Below are positions 1 to 9,483 of a stretch of DNA of 64,000 bases, in pieces. The notes beneath the pieces are model-generated. The model saw nothing but the letters and a program-made list of their open reading frames with translations. It searched no databases and was not told where the DNA came from. Both the position numbers and the translations under genes were made by a program. The stretch lies in contig JBILLK010000036.1 in assembly GCA_044376115.1 (NCBI GenBank), positions 32,001 to 96,000 on the forward strand. Reading direction: 5' to 3'. How positions within the stretch are numbered: the first letter of the stretch is position 1; every line of letters starts with the position of its first letter. The DNA comes from Polyangiaceae bacterium (GTDB lineage Bacteria > Myxococcota_A > Polyangia > Polyangiales > Polyangiaceae).

Positions 1-2604
1 GAAACGTTGCCGGTGGCGATCTGCTCCTTCCAGCTGAGCGCACAGGGCAAGTTGACGATGCCCTACGCCAACCCGCGTATCGAACCGCTGTACGGCCTGT
101 CACCAAGCGAACTGGCGCAGGATGCAGCGCAGGTCTTCAAGTTCATCCATGCCGATGACGTCGCGCGGGTGCGAGACAACGTCATTGCTTCGGCGCAGAA
201 GCATTCGGCGTGGCGGCAAGAGTTTCGCGTCAACAGTCCCCGCCTAGGGGAGATCTGGTTGGAGGGTGCCGCAAGCCCGACAAAGGCGCCAGATGGCTCG
301 ATTCTTTGGCATGGCTATGTGAACGACATCACCGCTCGCAAGCAAGCCGACGCGCTGTTGCGAGCGAGCGAAGAGCGCCTGCGTTTAGCGCTGGAGGCGG
401 CTGGCGCAATTGCGTTCGTGTGGGACGTCCCAAGCGATGCCGTGACTCGCTACTTCAGCAAAGAGCCGGCCTTGCCCGTCACCGCGGAGCACGTGGGCAC
501 ACTGACCGAGGTGCGTCAGCGCATTCACCCTGACGACCTCGCCGGGTTCGATCGGCGGCTTAAAGCCTGCCTCGACGAGGGGAGCGACTACCACAACGCG
601 TACCGCGTGGTCCGACCTGACGGCACCACTGCCTTCCTGGATGAGCACGGCTTCCTCGAGCGTGCGGCCGACGGCTCACCGCTTCGTCTCACCGCTATGT
701 CGATCGACGTCAGCGAGCGAATCGCTGCCGGCGAGGCGTTGCTGGCAAGCGAGGAGCGCTATCGGCAGCTGGTCGCGGTAATGCCCACGGCGATCCTCGT
801 GCACGACGGCGAGCGGATCCTTTTCTGCAATGCCGCCTTCGTTCAGCTGATCGGAGCGAGCTCCGAAGTCGAGGTACTCAAACAGAGGCCCTTGGATTGG
901 GTGGTTCCCGATGACCGCACGCTCGCTCGGGCACGCCTGCTCGAGCATCACGCTTCGGCGGAATCAGTGTCCGGGACGTTGCTTCGCTTTACTCGCGTCG
1001 ATGGTCGGCCAGTTCCCACGTACGCGGTCTCCGCGCCGGTCACTGGCTACGGGCCCAAAGCCTCCTTGCTCGTTCTTTCGGACCTGACCGAGCGGGAGCG
1101 ATCCACGGCTTTGTTGCGGTCGGTCCTAGGCAGCGTGGATGACGCCATCGTGACGATCGATGCCCGCGGCGCGATCACCTCGGTCAACGGCGCAACCGAG
1201 CATCTGTTCGGTTTTACCGAGGCGGAGCTGCTGGGTGCAAACGTCAGCATGCTGATGCCCGAGCCTCACGGCGACAATCACGATGGTTACATCGCCAACT
1301 ACCTGCATACCGGAATCGCTCGGGTGATCGGCACGGGCCGCGAGGTCGAAGCCCGCTCCAAAGACGGGAGCACCTTCCCGGCCGAAGTGACCGTGACCGA
1401 GTTCTTTAGTGATGGTGAGAGAAACTTCACCGGGGTCATCCGCGACATCACTGCTCGGCGCCGCTTGGAGGCGCAGTTTCGGCAGGCGCAAAAGATGGAG
1501 GCCGTTGGTCGCCTCGCCGGCGGTGTCGCTCATGACTTCAACAACCTGCTCACGGTGATCAACGTATACGCCGAAGTGTTGCTGCAAGGGCTGCCACCCG
1601 GTGACCCCGCACGCGAGCCGCTTGCCGCCGTTCACGACGCAGGCGAGCGCGCAGCACGATTGACCGAACAACTCTTGGCCTTCAGTCGAAAGTCGGTGGT
1701 CGCACCGCGGCGTATCGACCTGAACGAGCTGGTCACGGAGTCCTCCAAGTTGTTGCGCCGGCTGCTCGGCGAAGACGTCGCGCTGGCCGTCCTGACCGAC
1801 GCTGCTTCAGCGCACGTGTTGATCGACCCAGGGCAACTCGAGCAAGTGCTGATGAACTTGGCGGTGAACGCCCGCGACGCGATGCCCACCGGAGGCCGGC
1901 TGACCATCGAGTCGCGCACGATTGCGCGCGAAGACAGAGCCAAACGCTCTCATCCCGAGTTGCCGGCCGGGCGTTACATCGCGTTGCGGGTATCGGACAC
2001 GGGCTGTGGCATGAACGACGAGGTCCGACAAAAGATCTTCGAACCCTTCTTCACCACCAAGCCCATCGGGCAGGGCACCGGTTTGGGGCTCGCCGTCGTG
2101 CATGGCGTGGTCGCCGAGGCTGGCGGTTCAATCGAGGTTGAGTCCAGCGTCGGGCGTGGAACGACGTTTACCATCCTGCTTCCCGAGGCGACGGCGCCTG
2201 CTGGGACAGCGGACGCCTCGATCACGCCGGTCGCCCCACGTGGTCATGAGACGGTGCTGCTGGTGGAGGACGAAGCAGCGGTACGCTCGCTCGTTCAGTT
2301 CACCCTCGAGGGCCTAGGCTACACGGTGCTGCCTAGCTCGACCGGTGAACAAGCCCTCGCGCTGCTCAAGACCCATCGAGTCGACCTGTTGATCTCCGAT
2401 GTGGTCATGCCACAAATGAGCGGGGATGAACTGATGAAGGCGGCTCGCGCGATCAACCCGGCCTTGCGGGTGCTCTTCATGAGCGGTTACACCGCCGACG
2501 TACTCGACCGGCATGATCTTCAGCGCAGCGGCACACCGTTCATCCAGAAGCCGTTCACCGCGCTTGGCTTGGCGCGCAGAGTGCGGGCCAGCCTCGAGAC
2601 GTAG
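1..2604 (+). CDS. Hybrid sensor histidine kinase (multiple PAS/PAC + HisKA + HATPase + REC), probably 5'-truncated by the window edge
   Basis: H-box QKMEAVGRLAGGVAHDFNNLL, N-box NLAVNARDAM, DTGCGM, FEPFFTTK and GTGLGL motifs; C-terminal receiver VLLVED...DVVMP...KPF; FixL-like PAS (LMPEPH...H). The frame is open from base 1. Confidence 0.95.
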   Translation, partial: ETLPVAICSFQLSAQGKLTMPYANPRIEPLYGLSPSELAQDAAQVFKFIHADDVARVRDNVIASAQKHSAWRQEFRVNSPRLGEIWLEGAASPTKAPDGSILWHGYVNDITARKQADALLRASEERLRLALEAAGAIAFVWDVPSDAVTRYFSKEPALPVTAEHVGTLTEVRQRIHPDDLAGFDRRLKACLDEGSDYHNAYRVVRPDGTTAFLDEHGFLERAADGSPLRLTAMSIDVSERIAAGEALLASEERYRQLVAVMPTAILVHDGERILFCNAAFVQLIGASSEVEVLKQRPLDWVVPDDRTLARARLLEHHASAESVSGTLLRFTRVDGRPVPTYAVSAPVTGYGPKASLLVLSDLTERERSTALLRSVLGSVDDAIVTIDARGAITSVNGATEHLFGFTEAELLGANVSMLMPEPHGDNHDGYIANYLHTGIARVIGTGREVEARSKDGSTFPAEVTVTEFFSDGERNFTGVIRDITARRRLEAQFRQAQKMEAVGRLAGGVAHDFNNLLTVINVYAEVLLQGLPPGDPAREPLAAVHDAGERAARLTEQLLAFSRKSVVAPRRIDLNELVTESSKLLRRLLGEDVALAVLTDAASAHVLIDPGQLEQVLMNLAVNARDAMPTGGRLTIESRTIAREDRAKRSHPELPAGRYIALRVSDTGCGMNDEVRQKIFEPFFTTKPIGQGTGLGLAVVHGVVAEAGGSIEVESSVGRGTTFTILLPEATAPAGTADASITPVAPRGHETVLLVEDEAAVRSLVQFTLEGLGYTVLPSSTGEQALALLKTHRVDLLISDVVMPQMSGDELMKAARAINPALRVLFMSGYTADVLDRHDLQRSGTPFIQKPFTALGLARRVRASLET

Positions 2605-2682
2605 CGCGAAGAAACGGCTGAAGGCCCCGATTGTACTGCGCTTTGGTCCCAGTCATTTAGCCAGGCCTGGTACCATGTGCGG

Positions 2683-4299
2683 ATGGCTTCAGGCGCCGCT
2701 GACCTCTCCACAGTGGATGGTGGTCCTATTGGTGGATCGAGTGGCGGCCCGCATACGCGCCGTCCGAGCCTGCCGATGTTGACCATCCTGGGTCACCCGT
2801 CTACGCGCCGAGTCGGTGAGCGTGTGGGGTTACCAGGGTTGGACGTGGGGGCGCCCGTGTTGGTGTCTCGCCTCGATCCGCAGTTCACCGCTCCGCGCGG
2901 AGATCGAGCCGCAGGGCTCCTCGACGTCCACCTGAGCAGAGCTCCGTTGCGAATCATCCGACTCGGTGATGGCCGTATCCGCTTCGACAAACGCGATACC
3001 ACCTCCCGAATCGTGTTGGACGACACGGAGCTCGAGGCGGAGCGCGATTTTCCTGCAAACTGCCTTGAGCACGGGGTCGTGATCGAGCTGGCTGATCGGG
3101 TTGTGCTCTTGCTGCATCGCGGCCCAATCGCGGCGGATGCCAGCGATCACCTCGGGCTACTCGGAGACAGTCTCGAGATTCTTCGGGTTCGTCAGGAGAT
3201 TCGCCGTGTCACTGACATTGACGCAACGGTGTTGATCGTGGGCGAGACGGGGTCGGGAAAGGAGTTGGTCGCGCATGCCGTGCATCACGCCGGGCGAAGG
3301 CGCGAGCGCCCCTTCGTGGCGGTCAACATGGGCGCCGTCCCGGGGAGCCTGGCTGGCGCCGAACTCTTCGGCTCCGAGCGCGGCTCCTTCACTGGCTCGA
3401 TCCGCAATCAAACGGGTCACTTCCGCGCGGCAGCGAACGGAACCCTGTTCCTCGACGAGATCGGAGAGACGCCCTTCGAGGTGCAGGCGATGTTGCTCCG
3501 CGCGCTCGATACAGGGCAGATCCTGCCGATCGGTAGTTCAGAGTCAAAGCCCGTCGGTGCGCGTGTGATCGCGGCAACCGACGCTGACCTGCACGCCCGC
3601 GTGGCGGAAGGAACATTTCGAGCGCCGCTGCTTCATCGTCTGGCTAACTACATGCTCGTCGTGCCTCCGTTGCGCGCACGACGCGACGACATCGCCCGCC
3701 TCTTTTTCCACTTCCTGGAGCTCGAACTGGAACGACGTGGGAGTTCGCTCGAAATCGATCGCACGAGCTCGAACGAACAACCCTTCGTCTCGTCGCGCAT
3801 CGTTTCAACCCTCACCCGCTTCGATTGGCCCGGCAACGTGCGCCAACTTCGCAACGTGGTCAGGCAGCTGGTCATCGGCAATGACGGTGCGGCTGTGCTG
3901 GATCCCGAGATCGACTTGAGGCGCCTTCTCGGTACCCCGGCTGCAGCTTCGGCTGGGCGACTCGAACGGTCGCTCAGCGCCGAGACCACCCCGTCGTCAC
4001 AGAGCCGCCAACGGCGCAAACCTGGCGAGGTCAGCGAACCGGAGCTGCTCGAGGCCCTACGGAACGCACGCTGGGATCTCAAGGCAACCGCGGAACGACT
4101 GCGAATATCACGTACGTCGCTTTACGCCCTGCTCGAGTCGACGCCGGCCGTTCGGCGCGCAAACGATCTCGAGAAGGACGAACTCCTAGCCTGTCATCAA
4201 GCCTGTGCTGGCGACATTGAGCGCATGGTCGACCAGCTGACGGTGTCGAAGCCCTCGCTGCTACGACGACTGCGCCAGCTCGGCATCATCGACAGCTAG
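2683..4299 (+). CDS. Sigma-54-dependent enhancer-binding protein (FHA-like N-terminus, AAA+ domain, tandem C-terminal HTH-like segments)
   Basis: GETGSGKE Walker A, ELFGSERGSFTGS (GAFTGA variant), [19 protein letters not shown]. Start uncertain (2677 GTG or 2683 ATG). Confidence 0.92.
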   Translation: MASGAADLSTVDGGPIGGSSGGPHTRRPSLPMLTILGHPSTRRVGERVGLPGLDVGAPVLVSRLDPQFTAPRGDRAAGLLDVHLSRAPLRIIRLGDGRIRFDKRDTTSRIVLDDTELEAERDFPANCLEHGVVIELADRVVLLLHRGPIAADASDHLGLLGDSLEILRVRQEIRRVTDIDATVLIVGETGSGKELVAHAVHHAGRRRERPFVAVNMGAVPGSLAGAELFGSERGSFTGSIRNQTGHFRAAANGTLFLDEIGETPFEVQAMLLRALDTGQILPIGSSESKPVGARVIAATDADLHARVAEGTFRAPLLHRLANYMLVVPPLRARRDDIARLFFHFLELELERRGSSLEIDRTSSNEQPFVSSRIVSTLTRFDWPGNVRQLRNVVRQLVIGNDGAAVLDPEIDLRRLLGTPAAASAGRLERSLSAETTPSSQSRQRRKPGEVSEPELLEALRNARWDLKATAERLRISRTSLYALLESTPAVRRANDLEKDELLACHQACAGDIERMVDQLTVSKPSLLRRLRQLGIIDS

Positions 4300-4313
4300 C
4301 TCGAGCTCGATCC

Positions 4314-5117
4314 CTAGATCCCGACGTCGAGCAGGACCTGCGTCAGGAGGTAGTTCGCGATCAGGATCGCTACGCAGCTTTGAACGACGGCGCGGGTGGT
4401 CGCGAGGCCGACGCCGCGGGCACCTCCGCTAGCGAAGAAGCCGTGGCGGCACGAGATGGTCGTGAGCAAGAAGCCGAAGACGGTGCTCTTGAAGAGGCCC
4501 ATCGAGAGATCTTTGGGCACCGCGATATCGCGGATGCTTTGCAGCCAAATTCCTTCATCTCCACCGAGCCACATCACTGCGACCAGGTACGAGCCCGCCA
4601 TGCCGACGGTGGAATAGAGCGCGCACAAGAGCGGGAGCATCACCACCGACGCGAACAGCCGCGGCGCGAGCAGGTACTGCACTGGGCTCACGCCCATCGT
4701 GGTGATCGCGTCGATCTGCTCGGTGACGCGCATGTTGCCGAGCTCCGCGGCCATTGCGCTACCGGCGCGCGCGGTCACCATGATCGAGGTGAAGACCGGA
4801 GCGAGCTCGCGCAATAGCGACACGGCCACGATGCCGCCCACGCGCCCTTCGGCGCTGAAAGCTCGCAGCGCGTAGACGGTCTGCAACGTCACGACCATGC
4901 CGCTGAAGGTGCCAGTGAGCGCGACGATGGCCACCGATTGTGCGCCCACGAAGTCCATCGCTGCGAGCAGCTGGGCCCCGCGATACGGCGGCCGAATCAG
5001 CCAAAGCAACGTGCGGCCGGTCAACATCAGGTACGTCCCGATGTTCTCCAAAAAGTCGAGCGCCGGGCCGAAGAGCTCGGCGAAGACCGACTTCTTATCC
5101 TCTCCGTCGTCAGACAC
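4314..5117 (-). CDS. mlaE: MlaE-family ABC transporter permease
   Basis: RELAPV...ARAGSAMAAELGNMRVTEQIDA...MGVSPVQYL..PR and GVGLATTRAVV signatures. Confidence 0.93.
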   Translation of the reverse strand: MSDDGEDKKSVFAELFGPALDFLENIGTYLMLTGRTLLWLIRPPYRGAQLLAAMDFVGAQSVAIVALTGTFSGMVVTLQTVYALRAFSAEGRVGGIVAVSLLRELAPVFTSIMVTARAGSAMAAELGNMRVTEQIDAITTMGVSPVQYLLAPRLFASVVMLPLLCALYSTVGMAGSYLVAVMWLGGDEGIWLQSIRDIAVPKDLSMGLFKSTVFGFLLTTISCRHGFFASGGARGVGLATTRAVVQSCVAILIANYLLTQVLLDVGI

Positions 5118-5129
5118 CGCGGCTAATAC

Positions 5130-5633
5130 CTACCACGATGGTGCAATGCCGGGGAAACCGGCCGCGAGCCGCTCCAACATTTGCTTGGAGCGCTCACCGT
5201 TCGAGCGCAGCTCGAGTGCTCGGCTCGTGCCGGCGGTTTGGCTCGTGGTAACGCTGAGCGCCAGGATCAGCGCGTCTCCGCCGAGCTCGCTCGCGTACGG
5301 CAGGCCCCATTCGACCAGCAGGCTCGCGCCCGCGGAGCGCTCTTCCGCGAGGTCCAGCGCCCACAGCTCGCTCGCCGACTTGACGCGGTAGAGGTCGGCG
5401 TGGAGCACGCGCGGCGTGGTCTCGTAGTGATGCACCAAAGTGAAGGTGGGGCTGGTCACGCGCTCCTGGCTACTCACGCCCAAGGCGCGCAAGAGCGCCC
5501 GCACGAAGAAGGTCTTGCCGGCGCCCAGCGGCCCGTCGAGCAGCACCAGATCACCGGGGCCGAGCGTGCGCGCCAGCCGCTGCGCAAAGCGTTTGGTCTC
5601 GCGCCGATTTGGAAGAGGGAAGGAGGTGGACAA
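5130..5633 (-). CDS. tsaE: tRNA threonylcarbamoyladenosine biosynthesis ATPase TsaE
   Basis: GPLGAGKTFF, VTSPTFTLVHHY, HADLYR, VEW motifs. Start placed at TTG 5633 because the longer track ORF overlaps the divergent gene. Confidence 0.92.
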   Translation of the reverse strand: MSTSFPLPNRRETKRFAQRLARTLGPGDLVLLDGPLGAGKTFFVRALLRALGVSSQERVTSPTFTLVHHYETTPRVLHADLYRVKSASELWALDLAEERSAGASLLVEWGLPYASELGGDALILALSVTTSQTAGTSRALELRSNGERSKQMLERLAAGFPGIAPSW

Positions 5634-5651
5634 TGCAGTTAGAGTAGCCCG

Positions 5652-6884
5652 GTGCGGCCCCTCGATATCGGAATCATCGGTTGTGGTACTGCGGGCCCTG
5701 CGGCCGCACTCTTTCTGGCCGAGCAAGGGCACGATGTCACGATCTACGAGCGAGTGGAGGCGCCGCGTGCCGTGGGCGCTGGCATCATCCTGCAGCCCAC
5801 CGGCCAAGCGGTACTCAAGCGGCTGGGCGTGTTTGAGCATGTGAACGAACGCGGCGCTCGGCTCGACGGTCTGATCGTGCACCGTGAAAACGGCAAGACG
5901 CTGATCGAGCTCTCATATGGATCGGTCTCCGAGCGTTATTACGGTCTGGGCATTCACCGCGGCGTGCTGTTCGAGGCGCTGTTCAACGCCGTGAAGCGTC
6001 ATCCGCGCATCAAGCTCTTGCTGGGCGTTACCGGGGACGGGCTCGTGCGTGCGGCGAACAAGCGCTTCTTCATGCAAGACGAGCACGGCCAGCGCTTTGG
6101 CCCGCATGATTTGATCATCGCGGCCGACGGCGCAAAATCGCGCTTTCGCGATGACACAGGCCTGCTGCGCTCGGCCGATCCCTACCCGTGGGGCGCTCTT
6201 TGGTACTTGGCCGACGACCCGGAGCGGCGCTTCAACGGCAAGCTCTACCAAACCGTCTCCGGCACGCGCCGCATGCTCGGGATGCTGCCCACCGGGCGTG
6301 GTCCCGAGCTCGATGGCAGCGGCGCCCAAACCAACAAGGTCAGCCTGTATTGGAGCATCGCGGTCGACCAGGTGGAGAGCTTCCGGCGCACCGGCTTTGA
6401 AGCGTGGAAAGCCGAGATCCGCGAGCTGCGTGATGACGCCGACTTCGTCCTCGATCAGATCGAATCGCCCGAGCAGCTCTTGTTTTCGCAATACCACGAC
6501 GTGGTGATGTCGCCCTGGCACACGCGCGCCGTGGTGCACCTCGGAGATTCGGCGCATGCGACGAGCCCGCAGCTGGGGCAGGGCGCCAACCTCGCACTGT
6601 GGGACGCGATGGTCCTGGCCGACGCGATCGCCGCGGAGCCAAGCGAGCTCGTGCGCGCGCTATCGAACTACTCACGGTTGCGTCGCAGCCACCTCGGTTA
6701 CTACCAATTTGCAACCCGCGCGCTCACCCCGTTCTTCCAGAGCAACCACGATGCACTGGGCGTCTTGCGCGATTGGTTCATGCCCATCGCCAGCCGAGTG
6801 CCCTTCGTCAACCGCGCCATGGTCCTCGGCATGACCGGCACCATGGCGGGCTTTACGATGGGAGAGCTGGAGCTGCCGGAGTAG
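5652..6884 (+). CDS. FAD-dependent monooxygenase (UbiH/salicylate hydroxylase-like)
   Basis: GCGTAG Rossmann motif, AADGAKS, LGDSAH...PQLGQGANLAL.D motifs. Confidence 0.92.
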   Translation: MRPLDIGIIGCGTAGPAAALFLAEQGHDVTIYERVEAPRAVGAGIILQPTGQAVLKRLGVFEHVNERGARLDGLIVHRENGKTLIELSYGSVSERYYGLGIHRGVLFEALFNAVKRHPRIKLLLGVTGDGLVRAANKRFFMQDEHGQRFGPHDLIIAADGAKSRFRDDTGLLRSADPYPWGALWYLADDPERRFNGKLYQTVSGTRRMLGMLPTGRGPELDGSGAQTNKVSLYWSIAVDQVESFRRTGFEAWKAEIRELRDDADFVLDQIESPEQLLFSQYHDVVMSPWHTRAVVHLGDSAHATSPQLGQGANLALWDAMVLADAIAAEPSELVRALSNYSRLRRSHLGYYQFATRALTPFFQSNHDALGVLRDWFMPIASRVPFVNRAMVLGMTGTMAGFTMGELELPE

Positions 6885-6889
6885 GGCGG

Positions 6890-7756
6890 CTAGCGCGTTT
6901 GGACCACCTCGGCGCGGGTGCAAACGCCTTGCTCGTCAAAGCTGAGCAGCAGCTCGGGGCCGCCGCCACGGGCACCGCGTGCGAGCTTGTATAGGCTATA
7001 AAACGCTTGGTTGGCGCTTTTGCATGGCGCGGTGAACGGCTCTCTGCACGCGTACGGAACGCCGAGAATGTTCTCAAGTTGGGTCCGGTTGATGCCGACG
7101 AGAAAGTCCACCGCCGGGATCGGCTCGAGCACGAACGGCTTCCCACTCGGCGCGCGTTTGATTGAGACCAGCGCCGTGCCCAAGGCCCCCAACGGGCCAG
7201 CTCCACCCTCGAGCGGCGGCCGACCGTTAAGGATTACGGCCTCTTGTTTCAGCGCGCAGCGCGGCAGATAGCCGCCACCACATTCACAAAAGCAACGGCC
7301 GAACAGGCTGCACGGACACGAACAGCCGCCTTCGGTCGCGACGCATCCTTTGGCCGCCGCACACTGCTCCTTCGCTGCCTTCTGCCGCTCCGGCGTCACC
7401 GCGGGATCGACCGCCGAGCCGATCAGATCGGCGTGCCGCACCGCGGCCTCGCAGGCGTTCTCGGCGCTGCGGCAGAGCGGCTTGCTGTACGTCGGTTGGT
7501 CCAAGATGCAGCCAGCCGTCTGCGCGCATTGCTGGTGCGAAAGGCCGCTACAAGGGTCGTCGTTCGCGGCGGGCGTGGCCGAAGGCAGTGCACGAGGCAG
7601 CGGCGTTGAGGCTGTTGCAGACCTGCTGGTCGTGAGCGGGCCCGATGCGCTCGCGCTGATTGCGGCGCTCGAGCCCGAGGTCAGCGCCGCGGGCTCACTT
7701 GCGCAGCCCATCGCTATGACCAGCAACACCGCCGCCCGCCGCAGAACCAATTGCAT
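6890..7756 (-). CDS. Hypothetical lipoprotein with a Cys-rich central domain and a small BamE/SmpA-like C-terminal domain
   Basis: Lipobox AMGC, Ser/Ala/Pro linker, Cys cluster (CSCPC..CFCEC), C-terminal LVGINRTQLENILGVP...LLLSFDEQGVC. Confidence 0.7.
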   Translation of the reverse strand: MQLVLRRAAVLLVIAMGCASEPAALTSGSSAAISASASGPLTTSRSATASTPLPRALPSATPAANDDPCSGLSHQQCAQTAGCILDQPTYSKPLCRSAENACEAAVRHADLIGSAVDPAVTPERQKAAKEQCAAAKGCVATEGGCSCPCSLFGRCFCECGGGYLPRCALKQEAVILNGRPPLEGGAGPLGALGTALVSIKRAPSGKPFVLEPIPAVDFLVGINRTQLENILGVPYACREPFTAPCKSANQAFYSLYKLARGARGGGPELLLSFDEQGVCTRAEVVQTR

Positions 7757-7816
7757 GGCTGCATGCTACGCGAGCGGCGTCAGACTCACCGAGCTCATGC
7801 GTCGGTTACGCCGGAT

Positions 7817-7888
7817 GCCTCGTGATGCGACGGGAGTCGCAGCTCCACTGTCGATGGAGTGAGACGGGTTCGACTCCCGTACGGGGCG
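7817..7888 (+). tRNA. tRNA-Asp(GUC)-like gene, non-canonical
   Basis: Folded by hand: acceptor GCCTCGT/ACGGGGC, D arm TGCG/CGCA, anticodon stem CTCCA/TGGAG with loop CT-GTC-GA (GTC at 7850-7852), T arm ACGGG-TTCGACT-CCCGT, discriminator G7888. CCA is not encoded (followed by CTA). Confidence 0.8.
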
Positions 7889-7898
7889 CTAACGCGAA

Positions 7899-8453
7899 CT
7901 ATTGGACGTAGATCACGCCCTGCATCGAGCCGCCGTGCACCGTGCAGAAGTACGGGTACTCGCCCACCTCTTCGAACGCGACCGTGGCCGAGCCGCCCGA
8001 TTGATCGCTTCCGGTGATGGGCGAGGTCGGGTCGGTCACCGGCGTCACGCCACCTGCGAGCGGGTGGAAGGTGAAGTTACCGGTCCAGGTCACGCTCGAA
8101 CCGACGCTGATGATCACGCACTGCGCGTGCGGGATCAGCCAGGGATCGAGCGTCACGTCGCCACCGCTGAGGTCTTCGGCGCTCGCCAGCGTGCAACCGT
8201 TGACGCCCGCACCACCCGCGCCGCCGTCACCGCCAGCGCCGCCGGCCGCGCCGCCCTGGCCGCCTTGAGCGCCGCTGCCGCCTTCACCGCCGAGGCCGCC
8301 TTCACCGCCCTGCGTTTGACCGCCGCCGCCTTCAGGGGCACCCGCGCTGCCGCCGGTCCCGCCCGTTCCACCTGCGCCGCCGCTGCCGCTATCACCGCAG
8401 GCCGAAAGCAGAGTGGTCATCGCTAGCACCAAGCCAAGAGTTTGAATCTTCAT
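7899..8453 (-). CDS. Lipoprotein with Gly-rich linker and C-terminal cupredoxin (plastocyanin/azurin-like) domain
   Basis: Lipobox LLSAC; type-1 Cu ligands His (FTFHPL) and YFCTVHGGSMQG (Cys/His/Met). Start MKIQ at 8453. Confidence 0.88.
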   Translation of the reverse strand: MKIQTLGLVLAMTTLLSACGDSGSGGAGGTGGTGGSAGAPEGGGGQTQGGEGGLGGEGGSGAQGGQGGAAGGAGGDGGAGGAGVNGCTLASAEDLSGGDVTLDPWLIPHAQCVIISVGSSVTWTGNFTFHPLAGGVTPVTDPTSPITGSDQSGGSATVAFEEVGEYPYFCTVHGGSMQGVIYVQ

Positions 8454-8542
8454 CGCAATACCTTGGCCCAACTTTGGGTGCGGCGGCAAGTCAGGGCTGC
8501 TCGTTGTGTCAACAATTGATCTCTTCAGCGGAGTTGCCCCGG

Positions 8543-9406
8543 TCAATCCTTGGTGCTGATGCACTCGCCGGTGGCGACGATGGCGACGCCGGCTGCATTG
8601 GCCGAACACTCGTTCGAGTAGGTCATCCCATCGCAACCGCACACAGGTGAGTAGTCCTCCGGGCAGCCTTGCGGGATGGTGTCGCAGAAGCCGAGGGCAT
8701 CGGCCCAGCCGCAGGTATCTTCGAGTTTGTAGTTGCAGAATTGCCCGGGCTCACAGCCGGCTCCGTCGCCTGCAAAGCCGCACGGCGTACCCGGCTCCGG
8801 CGGCGGCGCCTCACACGGTCCTTCGCTGCTCACCGACTGGCCGTCGGCATTGGCCAGACAGGCGTTGTCGTAGGTGACGCCGTTGCAAGCGCAAACCGGG
8901 CCATAGATCTCACCACACACCGTCGGCAGCTCTTTGCATTCGCCGAGGCCGTCATCAAAGCCGCACGAAGCGTCGGAGTAGTAGCAGAATTCACCTTCAG
9001 CGCAGGGCAGACCAGCGATGCCACCGCAGGCCTCACCCACAGGCCCTTGATCGATGCAACCGCAGCCACACTCGGGCGAGCCGAACCCAACTTGGTTCTC
9101 GTCACACGCGTAGTCGATCACTTCGCATTGCTCCGGCGTACCGACGTAATGCACCGTGGGGTCGTTCGGGTCGGGGCAGTTCGAGAGCGCGCAATCCGGG
9201 TCGACCTGAACACAGAATTCGTCGCATTCTCCGTCGCCGTACCAACCTTGGGCTTCGCAGATGTCGTTGCCTTCTTGATCGATGCCGCCGAGTTCTTCGG
9301 CCTCCTCCTTGGTGATGTCGTCGGTGCCCGCCACGGTGGCGTTGCAGGCGGCGAGGGGCAGAGCAAGCGCGAGGGCGAGGCTAAAACTACGGGCGTTGCA
9401 AAGCAT
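8543..9406 (-). CDS. Cys-rich lipoprotein with two Kazal-type protease-inhibitor domains
   Basis: Lipobox LAAC; CGEIYGPVCACNGVTYDNAC and CPEDYSPVCGCDGMTYSNEC; GGAG 6 nt before ATG 9406. Confidence 0.85.
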   Translation of the reverse strand: MLCNARSFSLALALALPLAACNATVAGTDDITKEEAEELGGIDQEGNDICEAQGWYGDGECDEFCVQVDPDCALSNCPDPNDPTVHYVGTPEQCEVIDYACDENQVGFGSPECGCGCIDQGPVGEACGGIAGLPCAEGEFCYYSDASCGFDDGLGECKELPTVCGEIYGPVCACNGVTYDNACLANADGQSVSSEGPCEAPPPEPGTPCGFAGDGAGCEPGQFCNYKLEDTCGWADALGFCDTIPQGCPEDYSPVCGCDGMTYSNECSANAAGVAIVATGECISTKD

Positions 9407-9483
9407 GATCATCTCCAAAAGAGGATGGGTAACAGGGAGGAGCTGCGCACCCCAGCGAGTCCCGGGGTGCGCCGAGACAAGGT

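Noticed and set aside
5633..5882. N-terminal extension of TsaE in the ORF track
   Set aside because: It is the antisense of the FAD monooxygenase start; TsaE homology begins near 5633.
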